DNA of 64,000 bases from a virus. Below are positions 8,683 through 17,640 of this stretch, in pieces. The DNA is taken from IMG/VR virus record IMGVR_UViG_3300027747_001183. The stretch is one strand, 5' to 3'. The first letter of the stretch is position 1. Each line of letters starts with the position of its first letter. Both the position numbers and the translations under genes were made by a program. Below the pieces are notes generated by a model, which saw only the letters and a list, made by a program, of their open reading frames with translations, did no database searches and was not told where the DNA came from.

Positions 8683-9300
8683 CTAAGCGGTGTACCTCTT
8701 CATTGATCCGTCTGGTCTGACGTGATACGCATGGAACTGAGTGTGTGGGTATTCTCTCTTGAGTCCTAAGAAAGCATCCAAGTTCTCGTGGCTGTCATCA
8801 TACATCCTAACGTGAGTGTAGGGATGATTTGCGAGGTGCTGTCTAATGAATGTAAGCTTCTTGTTAGCCGGCTTCTCGTTACCCGGAATGTTTCCAGCTC
8901 GATGCACATGGATGTCGTGCATGTTATGAATGCCATGCGCAGTGAGAGTATTTAAGAACCTGTGCTTGTCATCGAAGTCTGCTCGAGCCGTGTTGATGAT
9001 GACCCTGTTCTTTGGGTTCTTCTTCCTAGTCGCAGAAGTAGCATTGATCGTGTTGATCATGCGATGGATCGGCTTTGACTTACTAAACACGCGAGAGCTC
9101 TTGAACTCATGATAGTCGTAGTGGTGTCCGGGTGGAAGCCTATGGCTGTTGTACTCAGACGTAGTCAGCTTCTGGACAGTATGCCCGTGTGGGTCCTTTA
9201 CGTGCACCTTCGCGTTCGAGTGGACTAGCGTATCGTCCACGTCGAACACGTGCAGTGTAGATGACTCTGATATGAACTCTGAGAAGGGCTTCAGTTGCAT
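8683..9300 (-). CDS. HAD-superfamily phosphatase-like protein with a capsid-targeting-like N-terminus
   Basis: FDVDDTL (motif I), NTAR, K and YDDS; start MQLKPFSEFISE. Confidence 0.8.
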   Translation of the reverse strand: MQLKPFSEFISESSTLHVFDVDDTLVHSNAKVHVKDPHGHTVQKLTTSEYNSHRLPPGHHYDYHEFKSSRVFSKSKPIHRMINTINATSATRKKNPKNRVIINTARADFDDKHRFLNTLTAHGIHNMHDIHVHRAGNIPGNEKPANKKLTFIRQHLANHPYTHVRMYDDSHENLDAFLGLKREYPHTQFHAYHVRPDGSMKRYTA

Positions 9301-9590
9301 ATTCTTTGATACTGTTCTACCCAAGCGTATCCATTCCACTGACGACCCATGAATACTATCTGACACTGGCGATCGTAGATCGAAGGCTCTTGAATGTAGG
9401 TACGCTGCTGGTTAGCCATGATGCCGCCGAGGATCATGCCGCCGATGAGTCCGCCGAAGAGTGCTGCTCCAGCGTCACCGCCACGGTTGTAGTAGTTGCG
9501 CTGCTCGAAGCGACGCTGTTCCCATCCATGGGCTGAGGCTACCGATGTCATCGCCATCGTTGCTGCTAGCGCTATTGCGATCTTTCTCAT
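9291..9590 (-). CDS. Exported glycine-zipper-like protein
   Basis: Signal peptide MRKIAIALAA...ASA; GAALFGGLIGGMILGG. Confidence 0.75.
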   Translation of the reverse strand: MRKIAIALAATMAMTSVASAHGWEQRRFEQRNYYNRGGDAGAALFGGLIGGMILGGIMANQQRTYIQEPSIYDRQCQIVFMGRQWNGYAWVEQYQRICN

Positions 9591-9615
9591 ATCAATCTCC
9601 ATTGCTTATATTATT

Positions 9616-9644
9616 AATATAGCGGTTTTATTAAAAAAGGTCAA
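9616..9644 (-). promoter_or_regulatory. Sigma70-type early promoter (repeat family)
   Basis: TTGACC-N17-TATATT. Confidence 0.75.
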
Positions 9645-9652
9645 CAGTTATT

Positions 9653-9886
9653 TTAGCTGTTATCTCCATTAAAAGCATTGGCATAATCGTTGAGTTGGGA
9701 AGGTGTCAAGCTAGCCAAGAAAGGATCAACCTTCTGAGGACGACGAACAGAAGATAGGCTAGCCCATGGGCTAACACGACGAACAGCATCCTGGATATCT
9801 GCATCATTGCAGCCATCTGGCAAGCGAACTGTTACCGTACCACCAAAGTCTGCGTAACCCTTAGGCCAAACTTCCAGAAGAATCAT
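9653..9886 (-). CDS. Hypothetical protein
   Basis: Start MILLEVW after a GGAGAG RBS and promoter. Confidence 0.7.
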   Translation of the reverse strand: MILLEVWPKGYADFGGTVTVRLPDGCNDADIQDAVRRVSPWASLSSVRRPQKVDPFLASLTPSQLNDYANAFNGDNS

Positions 9887-9913
9887 TTGTATCTCTCCAT
9901 TGCTTATATTATT

Positions 9914-9942
9914 AATATAGTCTTTTTTTGAAAAAATGTCAA
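9914..9942 (-). promoter_or_regulatory. Sigma70-type early promoter (repeat family)
   Basis: TTGACA-N17-TATATT. Confidence 0.8.
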
Positions 9943-9966
9943 CAGAAAAATAAGCCATTGAAAAGA

Positions 9967-10737
9967 TTAAGCTTTTCCCCACATCACGACCTCGAACCGA
10001 CCGTCCAGATGCTCGACCACAGCCGAGCAAGTCTCGACCCAGTCGCCGCAGTTAATGTAAGTAGTCCCCGAGATATCTCTAAGGTTAGGATGGTGGATAT
10101 GACCACAAACAATGCCTTGTACGCCCTTAGATACTGCATAATTACTGAGATTCTCTTCATACTGACTTATAAAGTTCACTGCTTTCTTTACCTTGTACTT
10201 GGCCCACGCTGATAGCGACCAGTGAGGTAGATTGAGCAGGTTCCTGATCTTGACTACGGCTACATTGATATAGATGAGAAAGTCATATGCCCAACTACCG
10301 AGATGTGCTAGCCACTTCATCTTGTTAATCACGACGTCAAACTGGTCGCCGTGCATTACTATGTACTTCTTGCCGTCCGGACCTAAGTGCACTATAGTAT
10401 CGGTAAGTGAGATGTTGCCGAACTCGTGGTCGCCGAACGACCTCAAGAACTCATCGTGGTTACCCGGAAGGTAGACTACTCGAGTACCCTTGCGAGCCCT
10501 TCTCAGGATCTTCTGTATAACGTCGTTGTGGTCCTGCGGCCAGTAGAAGCCAGAGTTGAGCGCCCAGCCGTCGACTATATCGCCGACTAGGTATAGGTTA
10601 TCACACTCGAATGTCTTGAAGAATTCTAAGAGAAAGTCGGCACGGCTCATTTTGGTACCGAGGTGCACGTCGGAGATGAATACGGAGCGGTACCTCAGTA
10701 CCTGTTGCCGATCGTGTACTTCGTCACTAGGTTCCAC
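9967..10737 (-). CDS. Calcineurin-like metallophosphoesterase, LpxH-like (UDP-2,3-diacylglucosamine diphosphatase family)
   Basis: SDVHLG, GDIVD, GNHD, HGD, GHIH and NCGDW motifs. Confidence 0.85.
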   Translation of the reverse strand: MEPSDEVHDRQQVLRYRSVFISDVHLGTKMSRADFLLEFFKTFECDNLYLVGDIVDGWALNSGFYWPQDHNDVIQKILRRARKGTRVVYLPGNHDEFLRSFGDHEFGNISLTDTIVHLGPDGKKYIVMHGDQFDVVINKMKWLAHLGSWAYDFLIYINVAVVKIRNLLNLPHWSLSAWAKYKVKKAVNFISQYEENLSNYAVSKGVQGIVCGHIHHPNLRDISGTTYINCGDWVETCSAVVEHLDGRFEVVMWGKA

Positions 10738-11090
10738 TGAGACTTCTCTTTATAAGGAATGATCTTGACTTGATTGATAGGTGCTATTGGATCTTTGACC
10801 TGATCCTTGTCGACAATCTCTACGAGGTTCCACTCGTCCAGCAGCAGCACTATCTTGTTTCTTCTAGCAACGTCGCTCTCAGAGAAGTCTGCCTGCTTTC
10901 CATCGAGCATAAAGAGCTCTTTGAAGTGCACGATGTAGTACCTACCCTGCTTGTGCAGGATGTGGCAAGATTGATACAGCGTATTGTCTTTTTTGGAAGC
11001 TAGCCCTATGCGAGACAGTGTCTCTTTAACTTTTAGAAAATCTTCAGAGCTTCTAAGACGAACTTCCACCAGTTGACTTAGATTGAACAT
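10695..11090 (-). CDS. regA: Translational repressor RegA
   Basis: DFLKVKETLSRIG..LYQSCHILHKQGRYYIVHFKELF; follows gp62. Confidence 0.96.
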   Translation of the reverse strand: MFNLSQLVEVRLRSSEDFLKVKETLSRIGLASKKDNTLYQSCHILHKQGRYYIVHFKELFMLDGKQADFSESDVARRNKIVLLLDEWNLVEIVDKDQVKDPIAPINQVKIIPYKEKSQWNLVTKYTIGNRY

Positions 11091-11475
11091 CAGTACCGCC
11101 TTTTATTATTCTTGTTCTTATAAGGTCGATCTGCTCTTTAGTAAGGATCTTAGATAACTCCAGCGCTCTCGCATAATTTATCTTGTAGTATTCCTGTACA
11201 CATTGAACGTCGGGATCCTCAACGTGCTTAGCCCACTTTGAGAACCTCTTTCCTTTTCTGACTATATTTATAAAATAGTCGTTTTGCAGTCGATTTTCTA
11301 GCAAATGGTTAACGTTCATCTCGTTTGCGTGGTATATCGTCTCAGGAAAGTAGGAGAGAGCCTTGTTTGTAAGGAACGGGTTGTAAGACTTCTCCGCGAG
11401 CACAGGGTTGTCTGAGTCGCGGATCAAGTCTTTCTTCGTGGTATTGATTGCAGTGACAAAGTCAAAAGGGTTCAT
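11053..11475 (-). CDS. 62: Clamp loader small subunit gp62
   Basis: YNPFLTNKALS..KRFSKWAK; 45-44-62-regA synteny. Confidence 0.92.
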   Translation of the reverse strand: MNPFDFVTAINTTKKDLIRDSDNPVLAEKSYNPFLTNKALSYFPETIYHANEMNVNHLLENRLQNDYFINIVRKGKRFSKWAKHVEDPDVQCVQEYYKINYARALELSKILTKEQIDLIRTRIIKGGTDVQSKSTGGSSS

Positions 11476-12413
11476 TTGAACTCCACTGTCATCATGACCT
11501 CAGTCAAGAAGGCTGCAAGGTTGACTTCTTGGTCGGCGACGAACGCTGCCTGATACTGGTAGCGAGCAAGCAGGATTACGAGGTCTGCAATAGACCCAGC
11601 CTTCATGTACTCGTGTGCCGTATCGTAGAACTTACGAAACATCGAGGTAGAGTCCATGTCAGAGTTCTCACCGACCCACTTACGCATCTCAGTGAACTTC
11701 TTTTCTTTCAAGAGACCGATGAGGTTGCGGAAGTTATCCTCGCCGAGGTTGGCGAAGATGCCGGTATCGATGTGACCGTTTACGGAGTATCTCTGTAGTT
11801 CATTAAGTACCCGACGCCAATCAGGCACGTGACGCTGAATAAGCTCAGCAATAGTAGCTTTATCATATCCGATTCCCTCTGAGTTGAGGATCTTTAGAGT
11901 GCGCTTGAAGAACTCACCGGCGAGAAGCGGAAGAGAGCTCTTAGGGATCTTGAACTCTACGACAGAGCACCGAGAATGTAGTGGTTCGATAATTCTGTTC
12001 TTGAAGTTACAGGTAAGGATAAATCCGCAGTTCCTAGAATACTCTTCCATGAAGTTTCTAAGTGCGGGCTGGGTGGAATTGGCATTAAGGTAGTCAGCCT
12101 CATCGAGGATGACGTATTTGCGTCCACCAGTGAGAGAGACGCTTGAGGCGAACTGCTGTATATCGTTGCGAAGCGTGTCGATGTTTCCATTCATACTCCC
12201 GTTGATTACGATGTAGTCTGCACCGACCTGCTCGAGCATGGCTCGGGCCACCGTCGTCTTACCGACGCCGGGGCCACCAGTCAAGAGGAGGTTCGGGATC
12301 TCCTTCATGTCCACGAACTTCTGAAAGGTACTCTTTAGTTCTTCAGGAAGCACGCAGTCACTTATAGTCTTTGGGCGATACTTCTCCACCCACAAGAATT
12401 CATCACGAACCAT
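11472..12413 (-). CDS. 44: Clamp loader AAA+ subunit gp44
   Basis: WVEKYRP, GPGVGKT, DEAD and SRC motifs. Confidence 0.96.
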   Translation of the reverse strand: MVRDEFLWVEKYRPKTISDCVLPEELKSTFQKFVDMKEIPNLLLTGGPGVGKTTVARAMLEQVGADYIVINGSMNGNIDTLRNDIQQFASSVSLTGGRKYVILDEADYLNANSTQPALRNFMEEYSRNCGFILTCNFKNRIIEPLHSRCSVVEFKIPKSSLPLLAGEFFKRTLKILNSEGIGYDKATIAELIQRHVPDWRRVLNELQRYSVNGHIDTGIFANLGEDNFRNLIGLLKEKKFTEMRKWVGENSDMDSTSMFRKFYDTAHEYMKAGSIADLVILLARYQYQAAFVADQEVNLAAFLTEVMMTVEFK

Positions 12414-12422
12414 TATATCACC

Positions 12423-13085
12423 TTAGTTGTTGAAAGTGCTGTTGGACTCAGTAGGCACGTAGTAGTTAATTGTACTCGACGTAAAGAGTGCGAGACCCTT
12501 TGAAGAGATCTTGACGTTGTATCCAGTCGAGATCAGCTTCATGATGTTCTCAGCCTTGAACACCATGTTGAACGACTTGTCAGTCGTACCGACGTCTACC
12601 ATGAAGGTATCGGCCGATGGGTTCTTTGAGTTGTCAGCGCATAGGCGGATGACGCTGCCGTCACCGACCACGGTGATCTCAGGGAGTTGAAGAACGCCGG
12701 TAGCGCGTACTACTCGCTGCAGCTCTTCCTGAGTGATGTCGAACTCGATGTCAGGAGAAGGAAAGGTGATGTCCTTCTCAGGAGGAGTAACGATCATCGA
12801 TGGGTCTGCATACGTATAGAGCAGAGACTGCTTGCCTGAGCTGATCTTCATGTTCTTCTCGCCGAACTCGATCTCAGGGTCGCTGAAGAGCGAGAGAACG
12901 CCGAGGAACTTAGAGAGCTCATAGATGGCGAACTGTGAAGGAAAAGTCTCCTCTACAGTCACCTTAGCGAAGATCGTCTTCATCTCTGAGATTGTAGAGA
13001 GGACGCTTCCGGGCTTCACCAAGATCGACTTGTTGATAGTGGCGAAGTTCTTGAAGATTGCGATTGTATTTTCACTGATTTTCAT
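12423..13085 (-). CDS. 45: Sliding clamp gp45
   Basis: MKISENTIAIFKNFATINKSI N-terminus; synteny. Confidence 0.93.
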   Translation of the reverse strand: MKISENTIAIFKNFATINKSILVKPGSVLSTISEMKTIFAKVTVEETFPSQFAIYELSKFLGVLSLFSDPEIEFGEKNMKISSGKQSLLYTYADPSMIVTPPEKDITFPSPDIEFDITQEELQRVVRATGVLQLPEITVVGDGSVIRLCADNSKNPSADTFMVDVGTTDKSFNMVFKAENIMKLISTGYNVKISSKGLALFTSSTINYYVPTESNSTFNN

Positions 13086-13100
13086 AATGTATGTTTCCAA

Positions 13101-14081
13101 TTACTTCTTTTTCTTCATTGCTTCTAGCTGAGAAGGGTCTGCAGTAGCAGACGCGCCTATAGACGCGAGTGCAGCGAGCTTGCCGCCGAACGTATAGAAG
13201 CCTGCATGCTGAAGGTGCATCCAAGGGCAGAGCCAGATCTTCATGCCGATCTTGCGGACCAGCTGACAGAACCAGTAGTCCTCAGAGAGGTAGCGCTCAG
13301 ACGATGCATCCTGCTTAGCCTTAGCGTCTTCCATGATAGTCTTGATAGACGTCGGGTCGATGGTCTCACCGTTTGCGATGCGAGCAAGGATAGCCTCGTA
13401 TTCCTTGGCTGGGTTGTAGCGGTCGACCTCAGCTTGGAAGTACTGGCCGATGCGACGAGTGCCGTCGAACTCAGCTGTACGAACGTGATCAGGCTTATAC
13501 ATGATCTCAGGGTATTCCTTCACGAAGTTCATAAATGTATCGCGACGAACCATCATGAAGCCGGTACCGAGTTCGAGAACTTCTGCAGGCTCGTCGAGCT
13601 TGATGCTCTTAGAAGACTCACCCGGTTCCATGACTGGGTTGAACACGAAGTCGCCGACGAAGTCTTCGAGGTTTGCTGGGTTCTCTTCAGCGACGCCGCG
13701 GTCGACTGCCATCTTGATCTTTTCCCAAGTGATGCACTTCTTAGGATACGCACCGCCGATTACGTCGTACGGAGACTCTTCAGTCTGCAGGGCTAATAGA
13801 GCCAGTACGTCCTGAGGGTTGAAGCCGATGTCGGAATCGATGAATAATAGATGAGTATATCCTGAACGCAGGAATTCGTCAACACAATAGTTGCGAGCGC
13901 GAGTGATAAGTGACTCATTGAATAGGAAGTACGAGCGCATCTCGATGCCGTACTTCAAGCACATTGCAGTAAGGTCGCACATTGCTCGGGCATACATGCC
14001 GTTACAAGCGCCGCCGTACATAGGAGTCGCTACGAAGAGCTTGTTCTTCTGCAGAGCCTCGATGTTGATTTGAATTTCCAT
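13101..14081 (-). CDS. GT-A-fold glycosyltransferase-like protein
   Basis: VATPMYGG, ESLITRARN, LLFIDSDI (DxD), GTGFMM and YLSEDYWFC. Confidence 0.75.
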   Translation of the reverse strand: MEIQINIEALQKNKLFVATPMYGGACNGMYARAMCDLTAMCLKYGIEMRSYFLFNESLITRARNYCVDEFLRSGYTHLLFIDSDIGFNPQDVLALLALQTEESPYDVIGGAYPKKCITWEKIKMAVDRGVAEENPANLEDFVGDFVFNPVMEPGESSKSIKLDEPAEVLELGTGFMMVRRDTFMNFVKEYPEIMYKPDHVRTAEFDGTRRIGQYFQAEVDRYNPAKEYEAILARIANGETIDPTSIKTIMEDAKAKQDASSERYLSEDYWFCQLVRKIGMKIWLCPWMHLQHAGFYTFGGKLAALASIGASATADPSQLEAMKKKK

Positions 14082-14085
14082 TGTA

Positions 14086-14274
14086 TTACCACCTTTCGTC
14101 GTCGATAATGATTGTTATTTTAATGAGACCTGCTCTTAGTACTGCGCTTAGTATTAGTCCAGGGTCGTGATCGCTTACAGTAGAATAGTCTAAATAGAAC
14201 CTCCACTTAAGTGGGTTCAGAAAAAGTGTAATGACGATGTCAGACTGTCTTAGATATGATAGGAACTTCTTCAC
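14086..14274 (-). CDS. Hypothetical protein
   Basis: 62-aa coupled ORF. Confidence 0.55.
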   Translation of the reverse strand: MKKFLSYLRQSDIVITLFLNPLKWRFYLDYSTVSDHDPGLILSAVLRAGLIKITIIIDDERW

Positions 14275-14591
14275 TTGTCGTCCTCAAACTGTTCATCGTG
14301 TACGTAGAGCTGCATGACTGCGTAGTGAATGACCTTCATCATGTCCTTACGCCAGTCATCGGGACTGCCCTTACGGCCGTAGCGCTGGGCGTACTTGAGT
14401 ACGTTGCCAACGCAGAAGCCAGTGCCGTGACCGGAGTCGATGATGAACTCCGTGGCCTGAAACTTGTTCTTTGAGTAGTGCTCACCGTACGTATTGTTAA
14501 TATAATCTAAGATCTGATTAATGTACACATCTTCTTTGTACTTATACTTTGGCGCGTTCTGCTGGTCAACACCGAACTTAACAAAAGACAT
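14271..14591 (-). CDS. DUF3310-like protein
   Basis: HY..GFCVGNVLKYAQRYGRK..DMMKVIHYA. Confidence 0.8.
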   Translation of the reverse strand: MSFVKFGVDQQNAPKYKYKEDVYINQILDYINNTYGEHYSKNKFQATEFIIDSGHGTGFCVGNVLKYAQRYGRKGSPDDWRKDMMKVIHYAVMQLYVHDEQFEDDK

Positions 14592-15790
14592 TAGAAGAAC
14601 TCCTCGAGTGTTAGAGCTTTGGCTCCGGGTGTCTCGATCCTGTGATCGAAGTTGTACTGGAAAGTATACGTAGAGTTGATCATCGGTCTCTGCCCGTTGA
14701 GATAAGCGAGGACCTCAGTGGCCATGTCCTCTGCTGTCTGCACCGGTACGTTCTGACACATGTGATTGACGCTCTTCTCTGGATCTAGAAGCTCGAAGTT
14801 ATCTGGGAGACCCATGATCGATAGGCCCTCGCGGTACGTGATATACCTGTCCTCGACTGGATGAGTCAGCGATGTTGGGTAGTGACCGACGAAAGCACCG
14901 ATGTAGTCCTTAGGAATAACCGTGCCGCGGCGCATGATGTTGGCTCCTGTAGCCAGCTTATCGAACTTTCTCTTGCATCCGGCTACTTCTTTCTCATAGC
15001 CATGACGAGCCATCCACTCACCGACCTGCTCGTAGTTCCTACCCATCTTCTCTATGTATGAGAACGCATCATTGCCTCTAGCTCTCGATGGCTCAACGAT
15101 CTTAGCGAACTCAGCGTGAGTTATCCCACCGTGAATGTCCTCGAGGATGTATCGGTAGTAGGGGTCCTGAGATGGAGTCTTCTTGTTGATGGGATCCTGC
15201 AGGGTATTTCCCCTAGCATCTAAGATCGTCTGCTCGATTGACTTGTAAGGTCGATTGTACCAGCTGAGCTGGGGAGTCTCATCTCCCTCCCAGAAGAAGT
15301 AGAACGACCTCTCTCGAACTTGAGGGACGCCGTGGAGCATCGAGCGAGTGCGGTACACAGTCATTGAGTACTTGTTCTCTCTGGCTATGTCGTACATCTG
15401 CGTCCTGATGTTCTCACCGATCTTGCCAGCAAATCCTGGAGCGTTCTCACCCCAGAAAACTTTTGGCTTGAGCTCACCGAGAACTAGCTTCGTGGTCTCG
15501 AGCATCCACTTGTTGTTTGGATTGTGATCACCGAAGCCGTGAGACATCTGAGATAGGCCGGCGCAGGGGCACACTGAGGCTATGACGTCAACTTTCTTCG
15601 GAGCAGATTGGTTCTTATCTAGAACGTAGTAGGGCACCTCGTTGTTGTAGTGATTAACGATGTGCCGGTCATTTGGCCAGAATGTCTCGTATGATAGGAA
15701 GTACTCTGGTCTGGCACCGAACGCTCGCTCAGTGCCTATCGTCTCACCGCCTATAAGCGGGATGATAGATGCATGTGTAAAGGTCATCAC
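14591..15790 (-). CDS. DNA cytosine-C5 methyltransferase-like protein with atypical motif I
   Basis: CPCAGLS (motif IV), ENAP (VI), PQVRER (VIII), RYITYRE..MGLP (IX) and QNVP (X); motif I reads IPLIGG. Confidence 0.82.
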   Translation of the reverse strand: MMTFTHASIIPLIGGETIGTERAFGARPEYFLSYETFWPNDRHIVNHYNNEVPYYVLDKNQSAPKKVDVIASVCPCAGLSQMSHGFGDHNPNNKWMLETTKLVLGELKPKVFWGENAPGFAGKIGENIRTQMYDIARENKYSMTVYRTRSMLHGVPQVRERSFYFFWEGDETPQLSWYNRPYKSIEQTILDARGNTLQDPINKKTPSQDPYYRYILEDIHGGITHAEFAKIVEPSRARGNDAFSYIEKMGRNYEQVGEWMARHGYEKEVAGCKRKFDKLATGANIMRRGTVIPKDYIGAFVGHYPTSLTHPVEDRYITYREGLSIMGLPDNFELLDPEKSVNHMCQNVPVQTAEDMATEVLAYLNGQRPMINSTYTFQYNFDHRIETPGAKALTLEEFF

Positions 15791-16636
15791 TTACTCATTG
15801 TTAAATTTGACGTTCTGGGCTTTCTCGCGATCGTCCAGTTCAGTATATTTATTACGGATCTCTGAGTTCTTCTTAATAGCTTCCTGCAAAAGTGTGAATG
15901 GCTCATTAATTTTTTTAGAGTAGTGAAGTATAGCGCTGGTGTCTTTTGGAAAGCAAGCTCCACCGAATCCCTCCCTACCATCCGGACCCGGAACTTGCAT
16001 GTGAGTCATTCCAATTCTGGGATCAGCTGATAGGATCTTAGTGAAGTAGTCCCATGAGCAGTTGGCGTCGGTGCTGTCAAAGATCTGCTTGAACTGGTTG
16101 AAGAAGAGGACCTTAGTAGCTAGGAAGGAGTTCATAGCGTACTTCACCAGAGATGCGGTGTAGATGTCGGTAGTGAATACCGGACACGGATTGCAGATGC
16201 TGTGGTCCTCATAGAGCTTCTTGCAGAACTCAACGTCTTTCTGCTTTCCTCCGAGAACGAGTGCGTGAGCGTTGACAAAGTCGTGCTTGGCCGTCCTCTC
16301 AGTTAAGAACTCTGGGTTGTACACCAGACGGTTGCACATTGCATCGAGCTTTCTTAGAACGTCAGGAGTTACCGTGCTCTTGATGATGACGACTGGGTCG
16401 TAGTCGTACTTTGAGATGTCATTGAGAACGCTCTCGATGATGCTCGAGTCAATTGAGCCGTCATCTCCCATCGGCGTCGGCACAGAGACGAAGATGACAT
16501 CGAGATTGAAGTCTCGCATCTCGTTTACTGTAAGAGAAGTATAAGCTGGATCTACTATGTACTTCTCAACTGAGTTAGTAAATCCAAAGTCAACGGCTTT
16601 TCCGACGAAGCCGTACCCAACAATTCCTATCTTCAT
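15791..16636 (-). CDS. Short UDP-glucose/GDP-mannose dehydrogenase-family protein
   Basis: GYGFVG, VPTP, KSTV, NPEFL and GFGGACFPKD; no C-terminal UDP-binding domain. Confidence 0.9.
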   Translation of the reverse strand: MKIGIVGYGFVGKAVDFGFTNSVEKYIVDPAYTSLTVNEMRDFNLDVIFVSVPTPMGDDGSIDSSIIESVLNDISKYDYDPVVIIKSTVTPDVLRKLDAMCNRLVYNPEFLTERTAKHDFVNAHALVLGGKQKDVEFCKKLYEDHSICNPCPVFTTDIYTASLVKYAMNSFLATKVLFFNQFKQIFDSTDANCSWDYFTKILSADPRIGMTHMQVPGPDGREGFGGACFPKDTSAILHYSKKINEPFTLLQEAIKKNSEIRNKYTELDDREKAQNVKFNNE

Positions 16637-17640
16637 CAGAACATCCTCTCGGTCCAAGTCTTGGGAGTCTTCTCGTTTTGTATCTCAATTGGCAGGTGGT
16701 AGTTGAAGTCCTTAGGACCTCGCATGCGAATGAAGTCGGCGGTGAGCTTAACGGCATCAGCTACCGTCGTAGTCGTCTCGTACTTGAGAAGCAGTCGAGC
16801 TTTATCACTCGAGCACACCGCGTGCTTTACTTCGCATGGCCGGCCCTCTTTGTAGTAGACCGGAGGTAAGTTGAGTCCGGTCTCGTTAGCGCAGAGCTTA
16901 GCCAGCTCATTGATAGTTATGAACTCCTCATCGGGGCCGATGTTGATGATCTCGCGGTTGATGCTGCGATCTAATCCCATCTTCTCTAAGCACGCGATGC
17001 AGTCGTCTACATATGAGAAGCACCGCGTCTGCTCACCATCGCCGTAGATGATCGATGGTAGCCCGCGCAGGTTTCGATTGAGCATGATCGACATGACGTT
17101 GCGGAACGGGTCGTCGTACTTCTGGTTAGGACCAACGATGTTGTGGGGGACTGCGATGTTCCACTCAATGCCGTGCACTTCGCCCATCACTTTTAGAACC
17201 TCCTCAGCGGCGACTTTCGCGATGCCGTACGGATCTACTGGCATCGGCTTCATGTCCTCTGAGAACGGAGGTTGCTGCTCACCGTACCTAGCCATCGACG
17301 TGCAGTTGACTATGCGCTTTACGCCAGCCGCTACTGCAGCTGAGAACGTAGCTACTGAGGCCTCGAAGATGTTGCTGGTAATGAAAGATGGAGAGAATAC
17401 CGAGAGGCCCTCGTGGGCTGTTGCCGCGCAGTGGTATAGTAGGTCGTAGCCAGTGAGGGCGCGCTTCATCGCCTCTTGGTCCCTGCAGTCGATCGCGTCG
17501 AACTTAACGAATGAGTGCACGTTGTACTCATCGCCACCGACCATGCTGTCGTTGCCACCGACTTCGTGGCCGAGATCATGCATTCGCTTCGCGATGTGCG
17601 ATCCTAAGAATCCGGCTACGCCGGTCACATATACTTTCAT
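16636..17640 (-). CDS. NAD-dependent nucleotide-sugar epimerase/dehydratase (extended SDR)
   Basis: TGVAGFLG, PYGIAK (YxxxK) and YGDGEQTRCFSYVDD. Confidence 0.92.
   Translation of the reverse strand: MKVYVTGVAGFLGSHIAKRMHDLGHEVGGNDSMVGGDEYNVHSFVKFDAIDCRDQEAMKRALTGYDLLYHCAATAHEGLSVFSPSFITSNIFEASVATFSAAVAAGVKRIVNCTSMARYGEQQPPFSEDMKPMPVDPYGIAKVAAEEVLKVMGEVHGIEWNIAVPHNIVGPNQKYDDPFRNVMSIMLNRNLRGLPSIIYGDGEQTRCFSYVDDCIACLEKMGLDRSINREIINIGPDEEFITINELAKLCANETGLNLPPVYYKEGRPCEVKHAVCSSDKARLLLKYETTTTVADAVKLTADFIRMRGPKDFNYHLPIEIQNEKTPKTWTERMF

Noticed and set aside
11265-11272. TATAAATA inside gp62
   Set aside because: Intragenic in an AT-rich stretch; cannot be told from chance
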